From: a virus
Lineage: Duplodnaviria; Caudoviricetes
Length of the DNA stretch: 64,000 bases
Reading direction: 5' to 3' (one strand)
Virus record (IMG/VR): IMGVR_UViG_2936514734_000001
Location: 175,375 to 239,374 of that record
Shown: piece after piece, positions 29,762 through 39,408 of the stretch
How positions within the stretch are numbered: position 1 is the stretch's first letter
Layout: every line of letters starts with the position of its first letter
The notes under the pieces: model-generated
Database searches by the model: none
What the model was told of the DNA's origin: nothing
The model's input: the letters and a program-made list of their open reading frames with translations, nothing else
Program-made: the position numbers and the translations under genes

Positions 29762-30682
29762 TCAAATAGGTAGAATCATCTCTCCAAGGTCTAGTGTCGG
29801 TGCTTCTGGTTGTTGAAGAGGTTCAGGTTGTTGAACATAAAAATGTGATTGCTCCATAGTCTGAACAGGTTGAACAGGCATAGGTTGCATAGGAACTTGA
29901 ACAGATTCTACAGCTACAGTTTCTTCTACATTACCTTCTTCTATAGGAGTTACTTTTACAATCTCTGCATACACCCATGTAAATACAGAGTGCGCCAAGG
30001 CTCTTGGATTAGACTGAGTAGAAAGAGTAACAATCTGATTAGAGTACTTTTCTAGCTCCGCTGTAATTGTTTTGTTGTCTTTGTTTTCAGGAATAGATCC
30101 AATTACTACACCATTCTTATAAGCTGTATAAGTTTTCTTCATAGTGTGTGTATCTAGTTCTACATAGACATCAATCTCTCCACCAGACATAGCTTCATGC
30201 TTCATCTGTTGTACAGTAGTTGGGCATTTGCTATCCAAGATTCCTTTTCTTGCTACGTTACAATTATCTTTAAAAGGGCATTCATGACAAGGTTTCTGTA
30301 ATGCAATCTGCATTTCATATAATCGATGACTTAATACATGCTCCTGTGGTGCAGGATCTTCAATCACATCATCAATAACTGGCTCGGGCGGAATTAACTT
30401 AGCTGGTTCTTGTACTGTCTTAGGTTGATTAGCTTGTACAGTATCCATTGCTTGCTTTACTAGTTCAGGCATCATTTCTGCTACCTTCTTCTGAACTAGT
30501 TCATTAATATCTACTTCTGGTGCAGCGGGTTGTTGTACAGCAGGTTCTACTGGAATAGATTGCTGTGTTTTTAATAATTGAACAAAGCCTTTTTGTAGTG
30601 CATCTGTTTGTTTAAGAATAGCTTCTGTTTGGCTGTTTAGTGCTTCTTTATATAAGTTAAATAGATCAATATTATTTGTCAT
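29762..30682 (-). CDS. Hypothetical Q/P-rich protein with a Cys cluster
   Basis: CHECPFKDNC...C; GAGGAGAG SD before MTNN. Confidence 0.65.
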   Translation of the reverse strand: MTNNIDLFNLYKEALNSQTEAILKQTDALQKGFVQLLKTQQSIPVEPAVQQPAAPEVDINELVQKKVAEMMPELVKQAMDTVQANQPKTVQEPAKLIPPEPVIDDVIEDPAPQEHVLSHRLYEMQIALQKPCHECPFKDNCNVARKGILDSKCPTTVQQMKHEAMSGGEIDVYVELDTHTMKKTYTAYKNGVVIGSIPENKDNKTITAELEKYSNQIVTLSTQSNPRALAHSVFTWVYAEIVKVTPIEEGNVEETVAVESVQVPMQPMPVQPVQTMEQSHFYVQQPEPLQQPEAPTLDLGEMILPI

Positions 30683-30794
30683 TTGTAGTTCTCTCTCCTC
30701 ATATTTCATGATAAAATAAGAGGGTAGTGCTGGTAACACTACCCTGGATTTGTTAGAGCTGGAACTCTAACTATAATTCAACTTTTTCTTAGAA

Positions 30795-33700
30795 TTACAT
30801 GAAGCGAACAATAGCAGTTTCGCCAGTCTTGTCGAATGTTACTTCTTGAACAGTTAGGTTGAATACACCAGCATAGAAGTTTTGTGGTGCAAAACCGATA
30901 TACGCTGCGTTTTCACGAGTTGCTTCCATTTCGTTAGCAACTTGAACACCTTTGTTTAAGAAGTACATCACAGGACGAACACTATCTTTTTGTTGCTCAT
31001 GTTTAATTGCTACAGTCACTGTACGATTAACTGCAACAGTTTTGTTTGCTAGTTTTACATTCGGGCTCAATACACGAACCTTAACTTCAGTTGCTGGAGT
31101 AGCTGGAACTACTTCTTCAACTAAATTAGATTGTAAAAGAGTGAACGTAATATCTTGTGGAATGAAATAAGTTTCTGAGATCTTGCCTGAAATTAGAGAA
31201 TTCATTTCTTCCGCAAACACTTCGAATGGTAGAGCAATGAAACCGTTAGATGCTACGAAACGATATTCGCGGCCATCTTTACGGTGTTTTGCTGTACCAT
31301 TTGTTTTTGTTCCGTTAATAACTAGATATAATGCACCTACAAGGGCACGAACATCTACACCTAGTTCTTTAGCAGTTGCATACATTGCTTTACGTAATTC
31401 TGCTTTGTATAGATCACGAGCATTCTTGAATTGAGATAGAGTTGCATCGTAGTTGGCACGGATCTTAGCAGTTTTCTTAGCTTTAGTAAGTGATTTCATA
31501 TTCTTTTTACGGAACACTCCTTGTTTCTTAAGTTCTGCTTCTGCTTGACGAACGAATTCTTTTTCAGCAGCTGAACGAACATTTTCTTTTTGAGAGTATG
31601 CATTGTAAAGAACAGCAACGTGTTGTTTTAATACATCTACATGAGAAGCTGGAACTTCCATGTTGTGCATTACACGAGCACGAATATTGTTCTTAGCAGT
31701 ATTGCTGTGACTAGCTTGGAACTTATTGCAAACTGCAACGATTGCTTCTTCAGCAAAACCAAAAGCCATTTCATATGAGCTATCAGCATAAGCAATACCA
31801 TGTTCATCTTTCTGAGAAGCTAACCATTGTGGCTTCTTCACTTCGAATCCAACTAGTTTGCCTTCACGTTTAACAGGAGCAAAGATGTTGCTATACACAC
31901 CTTTATCTTCTTCTAACATTTCTTGCTTAGCTTCATCAGTTAATTCCATTTCAGCTTCTTCAAAGAAACGAGCATCAAAGTTAGCGAATAATGCTTTTAC
32001 TAATGGCATTGATAGGTAAGCTCCACCGTGTTTAGGACGGTCAATTTCCCAACGTCCAGCAGTACATAATGCTAATAGGTCAGCTTCAACACGTACACGC
32101 TCAGCTTCAGTTAATACTGTACGAGATAGTAGATCAGTTAAAATCATTGCACGGTTAGCAATAACACCGATTAAGCTTGCTTCAATTGTATCTACAGTGA
32201 TTTGTTGAGACATACTAGCAACTACTTCTAAGAATTCATGACGGCGAGCAACACCATTTACACCTTCAAACTCTTTTGGATCAAAGAAGATTTTGTTTCC
32301 TTTTACAATGAATCCGTTAACTTCTTTAGTTTCAGGTTCAACCGCTTTATCTTTAGCTGCTTCAGTCATGTAAGTTGGGCAACCTGTACCAAATTCAACA
32401 GCAACACCATTTTCATACTTAACATAAGCATCAATGAAAGGAAGTACTTCTTGCTCACCATATAAACCAGCTTCTTGACGCATACGAGCATTCACCATTA
32501 ATTCGTCAAAGATAATGATTGAAGTATCTCCATCATGGTCAGCACCTGCTTGTTGAGCAACAACCCAAGAGAAAGCATCAAAGAATGTAACACCTTGCCA
32601 TAAACCTTTGTTTACATACTCCATGTACTCTTTAGAGAATACTGCTTTAACAACTGGAATCTCATGAGTAACTGTTACTGGGAAACGAACAGAGATAGCA
32701 TTACCTTCTTCAAGGAAGAATTGACCGTCTTTCTTAGATGGAGCAATTACCTCATATGGTTTAAGTACTGCATCTTCTTGTACTACTGTGTAACGTCCTT
32801 CTTTAGCTGCATTGTAGATAGCAAACACATCAGAGAACATGTAACGAGTACGAGCTTGTGTAGTGAATAGTTTAGAATCTAATAGTTTGTTAAGTTTCTT
32901 AACTGCTAGTCCTACGATTTCATCTTTGATATATTGCTCGTCTAAAACATCACCAAACTCTTGAGCAAGACGAACATAATCCACCGCGCCGAACTCATTC
33001 TCCGCTTCTTCATCAGCAGCATTAAGCATAGTTAAAAGATCACCAGTTAATTTATCTTCGATAGAGTTCTTAACAAATGATACGCTATTGTTGATACCTT
33101 GTTTTAATTCATCTAATGTTAATCCCATTTGTTGTGTAGCTTGAGATGCAACCCAAATACCATCGTTACCATCTTTACGTTGACCAACAACGAATAATTG
33201 GAAGCCATTATCTTTAATATCTGCTAAGATATCCTCTGATTTGACCATACCTTCAGTAAGAATTAAGTCAGCACCAAATAGTTCACAAATTGGATCAAAC
33301 TCTAGTGAAGCACCTTTAACTGCATTAGACACACGTAATTGGAATGAATCAAAGCTATTGATTACTCCTGCAAAACGTAGAGCTTCAGTTACACGAGAAG
33401 AGTGCCATCCTTGACCATCAGTTAAGTTACGAGTTAACAGTTCTTTTCTAGCATCTTCATTGTTCCAGTGGTTGAACTTTTCAACACCAGTGAATGCATT
33501 GTTTTGATCTAGAACGTTTAATAGGAACTCTTGACCGTTAGCAATTTGAGCGTAGAACTCTTCGATTAAAGCAATAGTGAATTTCTCGCCATTGTTATTT
33601 GTGATAACGATATAAGCAGGCTTAATTTCACCGATAACATTTTTCTCACCAGCGGCGAAGTATTCAACATTAGGATTGTGGCTGAATGTGCTTAATAATC

Positions 33701-35165
33701 CTTTATCAGCTTTAAGACCATTAGATCCTGCTAACATAAAACGCTTATAAGACTTAGCAACATCCATTACGTTGTATCCAGTTGCTTTACCATCTACTTT
33801 GTGCTTCTTAGAATAAGCTCTTTCGTCTTGACCAGTACCTAGGAAGAACTCAATTACATCTTCAACATTCTTGAACCCAACAGCACCATTAGAACGAGCT
33901 TGAGACATTGATTTTGTGTATGTTTTGTAAGTGAATGACTCCATACCTGAAACGTCTGTATCTGCTTCTAATTGACCATCTTCTTTATGAACAACATTAA
34001 CTTTAGAGAATACTGCTTTTAACACTGCACCATTGATTTCTTCACCAAATGGTAGAGAACCAGAACCATCAAATGTGCACATTTCATCAAGAACGATTGC
34101 TTGTTGTGGTTCTTTAATGCTTAATACCATACCATCTTTGCTGTACTCTTTAACTACATTAATAGTTTGAGTCTTTTTGTTTTTCTTCATTGCAAAGCGG
34201 TAAGCCGCTAAGCTTCCAGACATCTTTTGGAATAAAGAGTGGATGCTATTTAAGTTTTCAATGTTTGTATCTTTAGCAATATAGAACTCTACATTGTCAC
34301 GAAGAACGTATTTTGTTTCCTCATTTACTTCGATTTGTTGCATTACTTGTCCAACTAACTCTTCTGTAGAGAAGTCACGTAGCTTACCTACTACTACATT
34401 GTCTACTACTACATAGATGTCATCCATATTAAGAGCAGCCATTAGTACAGTCTCACGAGTCTTCTTACCTTTAACCTTAGCTTTAGCAGTAAGGCGTCCT
34501 TGTAGGTTAAGCTTGTCAAGAGCCTTGAACTCTGAAGACTCCATGAACTTAGGGAATAGACCAGGCACAACTACCATTAAGTAGTCGATGATTTGTTTAC
34601 CATTAGCAGAAGCAAATTGGATAGACTCCTCAGTACCATCTTCTTTAGTTACTACGAACTTGTTACGACGTGCATCTACTGTAAGTCCTTTAGCATTAGC
34701 ACCAATGAATTGAGAGAATAGTGGTGCAGTTACACCCATGTTGAATAATGCTTTAGCGATTTGACCTGATGCATTTTGTACCACGTTTAAGTTAGCCTCT
34801 GTAAATACCACTGTTTTCTTTGTCATTGTTACCACTCCTTGGTTATTAGTATTAGTGTTTGTAGTTGTAGCTGTAGTAGTTGTTGTCATAGTATTGTTCT
34901 CTCCCTTGATTGTGTTGTTTGATTGAATAGTAGTGTTAGTAGTCATAGTTTCGTTCTCTCCTTTAGTGTTTGTTTCTTCTAATTGGTTGATCTCTTCTTG
35001 CATAGCCTTCATAGCGCCCATACCTGCTTCAAGTTGAGCGCTTAATGCAATATCAGTGTTGTCAAAGTCAACGCTTGCATAGATGTCTTGAATCATAGCT
35101 TCATTCTTAGCTACTTGCTCTCTTAATTTGTTAATGCGGTCTTGAGTAGTGTTAATGTTTGTCAT
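30795..35165 (-). CDS. Single-chain two-barrel RNA polymerase (YonO/cellular RdRP-like)
   Basis: Motifs in the expected order: TDGQGW, FQLR...VKG, VRFP, AGADHDGD (DxDGD, ~32526-32546), IGVIAN, EIDRPKHG. Confidence 0.85.
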   Translation of the reverse strand: MTNINTTQDRINKLREQVAKNEAMIQDIYASVDFDNTDIALSAQLEAGMGAMKAMQEEINQLEETNTKGENETMTTNTTIQSNNTIKGENNTMTTTTTATTTNTNTNNQGVVTMTKKTVVFTEANLNVVQNASGQIAKALFNMGVTAPLFSQFIGANAKGLTVDARRNKFVVTKEDGTEESIQFASANGKQIIDYLMVVVPGLFPKFMESSEFKALDKLNLQGRLTAKAKVKGKKTRETVLMAALNMDDIYVVVDNVVVGKLRDFSTEELVGQVMQQIEVNEETKYVLRDNVEFYIAKDTNIENLNSIHSLFQKMSGSLAAYRFAMKKNKKTQTINVVKEYSKDGMVLSIKEPQQAIVLDEMCTFDGSGSLPFGEEINGAVLKAVFSKVNVVHKEDGQLEADTDVSGMESFTYKTYTKSMSQARSNGAVGFKNVEDVIEFFLGTGQDERAYSKKHKVDGKATGYNVMDVAKSYKRFMLAGSNGLKADKGLLSTFSHNPNVEYFAAGEKNVIGEIKPAYIVITNNNGEKFTIALIEEFYAQIANGQEFLLNVLDQNNAFTGVEKFNHWNNEDARKELLTRNLTDGQGWHSSRVTEALRFAGVINSFDSFQLRVSNAVKGASLEFDPICELFGADLILTEGMVKSEDILADIKDNGFQLFVVGQRKDGNDGIWVASQATQQMGLTLDELKQGINNSVSFVKNSIEDKLTGDLLTMLNAADEEAENEFGAVDYVRLAQEFGDVLDEQYIKDEIVGLAVKKLNKLLDSKLFTTQARTRYMFSDVFAIYNAAKEGRYTVVQEDAVLKPYEVIAPSKKDGQFFLEEGNAISVRFPVTVTHEIPVVKAVFSKEYMEYVNKGLWQGVTFFDAFSWVVAQQAGADHDGDTSIIIFDELMVNARMRQEAGLYGEQEVLPFIDAYVKYENGVAVEFGTGCPTYMTEAAKDKAVEPETKEVNGFIVKGNKIFFDPKEFEGVNGVARRHEFLEVVASMSQQITVDTIEASLIGVIANRAMILTDLLSRTVLTEAERVRVEADLLALCTAGRWEIDRPKHGGAYLSMPLVKALFANFDARFFEEAEMELTDEAKQEMLEEDKGVYSNIFAPVKREGKLVGFEVKKPQWLASQKDEHGIAYADSSYEMAFGFAEEAIVAVCNKFQASHSNTAKNNIRARVMHNMEVPASHVDVLKQHVAVLYNAYSQKENVRSAAEKEFVRQAEAELKKQGVFRKKNMKSLTKAKKTAKIRANYDATLSQFKNARDLYKAELRKAMYATAKELGVDVRALVGALYLVINGTKTNGTAKHRKDGREYRFVASNGFIALPFEVFAEEMNSLISGKISETYFIPQDITFTLLQSNLVEEVVPATPATEVKVRVLSPNVKLANKTVAVNRTVTVAIKHEQQKDSVRPVMYFLNKGVQVANEMEATRENAAYIGFAPQNFYAGVFNLTVQEVTFDKTGETAIVRFM

Positions 35166-35511
35166 GATATGTCCTTTCATATGCTCACATTTATTTGGTC
35201 AGGAGCTAGACCGAAATTTGGTGGTCGTTATAGGGGGTGGGCATCGAAAGATCCACCTATAAGAACCCATATATACCACCTTGCGCCTCAAAAAATATAA
35301 AAAAAATTACCCTATATAGGGCATCAGGTCAGGAAGAAGGGAAGTCATCAATCACTAGGTCAGAAACCTAGCGGTCGGTGGCTTCTTTTTTATTTGTTGC
35401 AAAAGTCAGGAGTGAAGGAGCAGGGCATGAAGTGTAAGTATTTCGTTGAGAAAATTTAGGAAAGTGGTTACGGTATGGCGTGAGAACAGGAGCAGGGAAG
35501 GAGGACAGTGA

Positions 35512-35763
35512 ATGCAATACAGTCCACATGAACAAGAGCTATTAAAGAATTGGGTAGTAAGTCAGGAATCAGCAAGGGTGGGAAGAAAGACCACTGTATC
35601 TTGTCTTCAAATGCCTAATGGTTATGAAGTACTTGGAACATCAGCTTGTGTAAATCCAGAACAGTACGACTATGATCTTGGTGTCTTTTATGCTACACAG
35701 GATGCGCTTAAAAAAGTTGAAGAGATTGTTGGTTATCTTGAACATCAACATTTATTCAGTTGA
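35512..35763 (+). CDS. N4 gp49/Sf6 gp66-family protein (probable Acb4-type nucleotide sponge)
   Basis: TTV..L...NGYEV.GTSACVNPE.YD..LG..YA...A...V....GY. Confidence 0.7.
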   Translation: MQYSPHEQELLKNWVVSQESARVGRKTTVSCLQMPNGYEVLGTSACVNPEQYDYDLGVFYATQDALKKVEEIVGYLEHQHLFS

Positions 35764-35911
35764 GGCATTGAGTCAGAAGTAGAGAGCGTGGGAACAATCA
35801 GTGCTCTTAAAAGGTTTTATGTTTTCAAATGAACCGCTCTTAAAAACCCCTATAATCACAACCCCTTATATAGAAGAAAACCAACCACAAAACAATTAGG
35901 AGGAATACAGA

Positions 35912-36184
35912 ATGGATTTTGGACAAGCATTAATTGCATTGAAAAATGGAGAGAAAGTTGCTCGTAAAGGGTGGAATGGAAAAGGCATGTGGATCGTATT
36001 AATGCCTTCACTTTACTTAGAAGCGGGTGTAGTAAATGGCAGAACATCTAAACATCTAGGTCAAGGTGTGGACTTAGACTCACAACCTTATATCGCAATG
36101 TTTACTGCTGATAAGAAATGGCAACCAGGTTGGTTAGCATCTCAAGCAGATGTACTGGCTGAAGATTGGGAGATTGTTGCCTAA
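35912..36184 (+). CDS. DUF2829/Tad2-family anti-defence sponge protein
   Basis: MDFGQAL.ALK.G.KVARKGWNGKGM...WLASQADVLAEDWEIV. Confidence 0.85.
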   Translation: MDFGQALIALKNGEKVARKGWNGKGMWIVLMPSLYLEAGVVNGRTSKHLGQGVDLDSQPYIAMFTADKKWQPGWLASQADVLAEDWEIVA

Positions 36185-36226
36185 CACACTAAGATATCAA
36201 GTCAGGAGAAAAAGGAGGCCGAAGAA

Positions 36227-36934
36227 ATGTCTGTAGAAAAACGTATGGAAGAACTACGTCAGATAGATGTAGAGACACCTGAACAGTTAAGAGAACGAGC
36301 TCTTAATGAGATTGAGTTACCTTCTACATGGAAAGTATCCAATGAGACAAGAGGTATGATTGCTCAATCTATGGAGATTTACAACACAAAGCATGGATTA
36401 TATGCAGCTATTCCTATGATGTGTAAAGGAGAACTTTGTCCTTATGCAGAGGTATGTCCTTTGATTTCAGGAGGAATGGATCCTAGTGGTTCACGTTGTC
36501 CTTTGGAGATTGGTCTTATCATGAAGCGGTTTGAAGAATATAAGAACGAATTTAGCATTGATGAAAATGACATTGTTGATATGGGTCTAGTTAAGGACTT
36601 AGTGGATTACGATGTTCAGTTGTTTAGAGCTGAAAACCGTATTGCTATTCAAGGAGACTTTATTGAGGATGTTGTTGTTAGTGTTAATGACAATGGACAA
36701 GAGATAACTGCTCCTCAAATTTCTAAAGCGGCTGAATATAAAGAGAAGATTATGACGAAGAAACATAAAGTTCTTCAATTGATGCACTCTACTCGTTCAG
36801 ACAAAGCTGGTGACAAGTTAACTCTTACACTTGATCCAAGTACTTATGCTGCTCAACTAATGTCGAAAATCGCTTCTGATATGCAACCAGGACAAATCTT
36901 TGATGCAGACTACGAGGAGGTCGAAGGGGAATAA
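36227..36934 (+). CDS. Putative terminase small subunit
   Basis: KHGLYA motif, Cys cluster, position upstream of terL. Confidence 0.5.
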   Translation: MSVEKRMEELRQIDVETPEQLRERALNEIELPSTWKVSNETRGMIAQSMEIYNTKHGLYAAIPMMCKGELCPYAEVCPLISGGMDPSGSRCPLEIGLIMKRFEEYKNEFSIDENDIVDMGLVKDLVDYDVQLFRAENRIAIQGDFIEDVVVSVNDNGQEITAPQISKAAEYKEKIMTKKHKVLQLMHSTRSDKAGDKLTLTLDPSTYAAQLMSKIASDMQPGQIFDADYEEVEGE

Positions 36935-37079
36935 GCCTTCAGCCTTAGCAAAAAATCTTTTGAAATTGTTAATCGTGCCGGGTGTTTTTCCGGCGCGAGA
37001 AATCAATTGTCGAAGACGTTTGTTAACGCTCTGATTAGCGGCGCTAAGTCAAATCATTTTTATCACACACAGAAAGCAG

Positions 37080-39395
37080 GTGATAGTATTGGCTGAACAA
37101 GAAAAACCAGTCGTTAATAAAACGAAAGTTAATGAAACGACAAACTCCTATCATCAATCCACGGAAACCCGCTCTACGCCTCACTTAAAGACAAATGTAC
37201 CTGATGTAAAAGCCGCTTCAAATTTCCTTAAAAGAAACCAAGGAAAGATTGCTCTTGGTGCTATAGGGCTTGGTCTAGCAAAATCAGTGATAGATGGAGA
37301 AGAAGACGATATCGTATCTTCTGCTGAAAAAGGAATAAAATCTGGTGCTATTACTGCAGGTATTTCTTATGGTGCTCAACACTTATTGAAAACAGAAACT
37401 GTACAGGACCTTGTAAAGGGTGAAGTATCAGATGTTGGTAAGAGCATCATTAAGAAAGCTAATACACAACGTAAAATGCTTGCTGGTGGAGGAAAGCTAA
37501 AAACAGCTTACAAAATTGGTTTGTATGCAATGGGAGCCGCTACTGTTTTGGATGTTGCCCAACGTGCTGGCGACACTTTGGAGTCTGCAAATATAAAAAG
37601 ACAAGAAGAACAAAAGCTTAAAGAAAAGAGAAAGAAGCAACAAAAGAAGAATAAGCAGTATGCATATGGACACATTGACCAGGGTGAAATCGTATTTGAT
37701 TTGTTCAATCAAAGAACAGGACATTACAAAATGGGTAATGCCAAATTTAATTAAAGGCGGTGCCACTTATGGCTACAAGCAATGCAGTTAAAAAAGTATT
37801 AGAAAGATTGAGTAATCGTGGTGCTAATAGAGCTTCTAGAAAAGCCTTAAATACTGAAATTAGCAAACAAAAGAATTTAGGTACTTTCTTACCTGATGAT
37901 GCTTATGATGGCAATTTAATTACTCCTACTCGATTACGTACAAAACAACAACGTACCGCTCGTCAGAATAGTAGAGTTGAAAAGAAGCGAAGAAGAGCAG
38001 ATGAAGGTTTAGCTAGTTTAAATACTATCAATCCACAAGAAAGACGTCTCCCTGCAATTGCTTCTACAACTAAGACCCTCTACGGATCAGCTCGTGCTAA
38101 CTTAGGAGAACCGGGTAGTTTAAAACGTGCAGGAATAGGTGTAATTCAATCCTCAGCAGCCTCAGCAGCAGTATCTGGTGGAATGGCTGCTATTCAAGGA
38201 AATGACCCCTGGGAAGCGGCTAAATCCGGAGCTTTTAAAGGTGCAGTTGCTGGTGTAGGTTATCAAGGTTTAAAGGCCGCTACACACGCTCAGACAGGCT
38301 CTATTAAGGGCAATTTAAAGCACATAGCTTCTACTACTAAACAGACTTATCAAGCTCACACAGTGGCGGGAAACACGGCTATGAGGACAACTAAGAATGG
38401 TGTATCTAATCAATTGAAAAGGGTACTAGATGCTAATCAAGCAAGCCGTCAAACTGAAAGTATTTTTGGTCTTAATAAATAGGAGGTGCATGTATCATGG
38501 CTCTTATTAAAGGCATGAAGAACCTAGCTCGAATAGGTGTGAAAAATACAAAAAGTGTCGTTGCTCAATATGAGAATGGCTTAGTTAATGCTACTGAACA
38601 TATTGGTAAAATGGCACAAATTAAAAAACCAATTATAGATGTAAAAGATAAAGAGGGTAACATCAAGAAAAGCTTAGGTAATTTATATACCGGTAAGAAA
38701 GCTAATCCTTTATGGGTTGGGGCTGCAGGTGGAGCTTATCTTGTAGGAAAGAATCTGTACAAAAGTGCAGATAAGCAAACTATGCAACCTCTTAAACTAG
38801 CAACTATGAATAACTATCAAGAAATTGGTTCACCTGACATCATGATGTATGACGGTGTAGGTCAAGACCGCGCTCCTAAAAATATGAATGCAGACGGTAG
38901 TATTGTATTTGGCTTACACAATATGAGAAGGGGGTAGTTTAAGTGGCAAGTTTAGCCGGATTAGGAGTTAGTGCATTAAAAACAATTGGCTCCGTTGGTA
39001 AAAGAAAAGCATTAACAGCGGGTGGTCTAGCCTTTGGTGCAGATACCGCTATGAATCTATATGGTGGAGATGATCTAGGAACCTCTGTCATGAAAGCTGG
39101 TGTGACGGGTGTTATGGCCGCTTCTAACCCTATGCTTTACGGGGGATTAACAGCGGCTAGTCTAGCAACAGATGCTTACTGGGGAATACAACAATTTAAC
39201 TACCAGAAAAAACAATGGTGGAATGCTCAATATGCTTACAACAATGAAGTCGGCGGTAACTATGTCGATACTCAGCGAGCACAAACTATGAGACAAGCAG
39301 CTGTACAAGCTATTCAAGGAAGTAAGATGAATGCCCGAAGTGCGCTAGGTGGAGAAGCAAGAATACTTAATCCGTATTCAACAAGAAGATATTAA
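37080..39395 (+). other. Four basic Gly/Ala-rich proteins with hydrophobic stretches (37080-37754, 37760-38482, 38497-38937, 38943-39395); possible internal/ejected virion proteins
   Basis: Co-directional ORFs with SDs between the terminase genes; function inferred from composition only. Confidence 0.5.
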
Positions 39396-39408
39396 AGGAG
39401 AAAATAGC

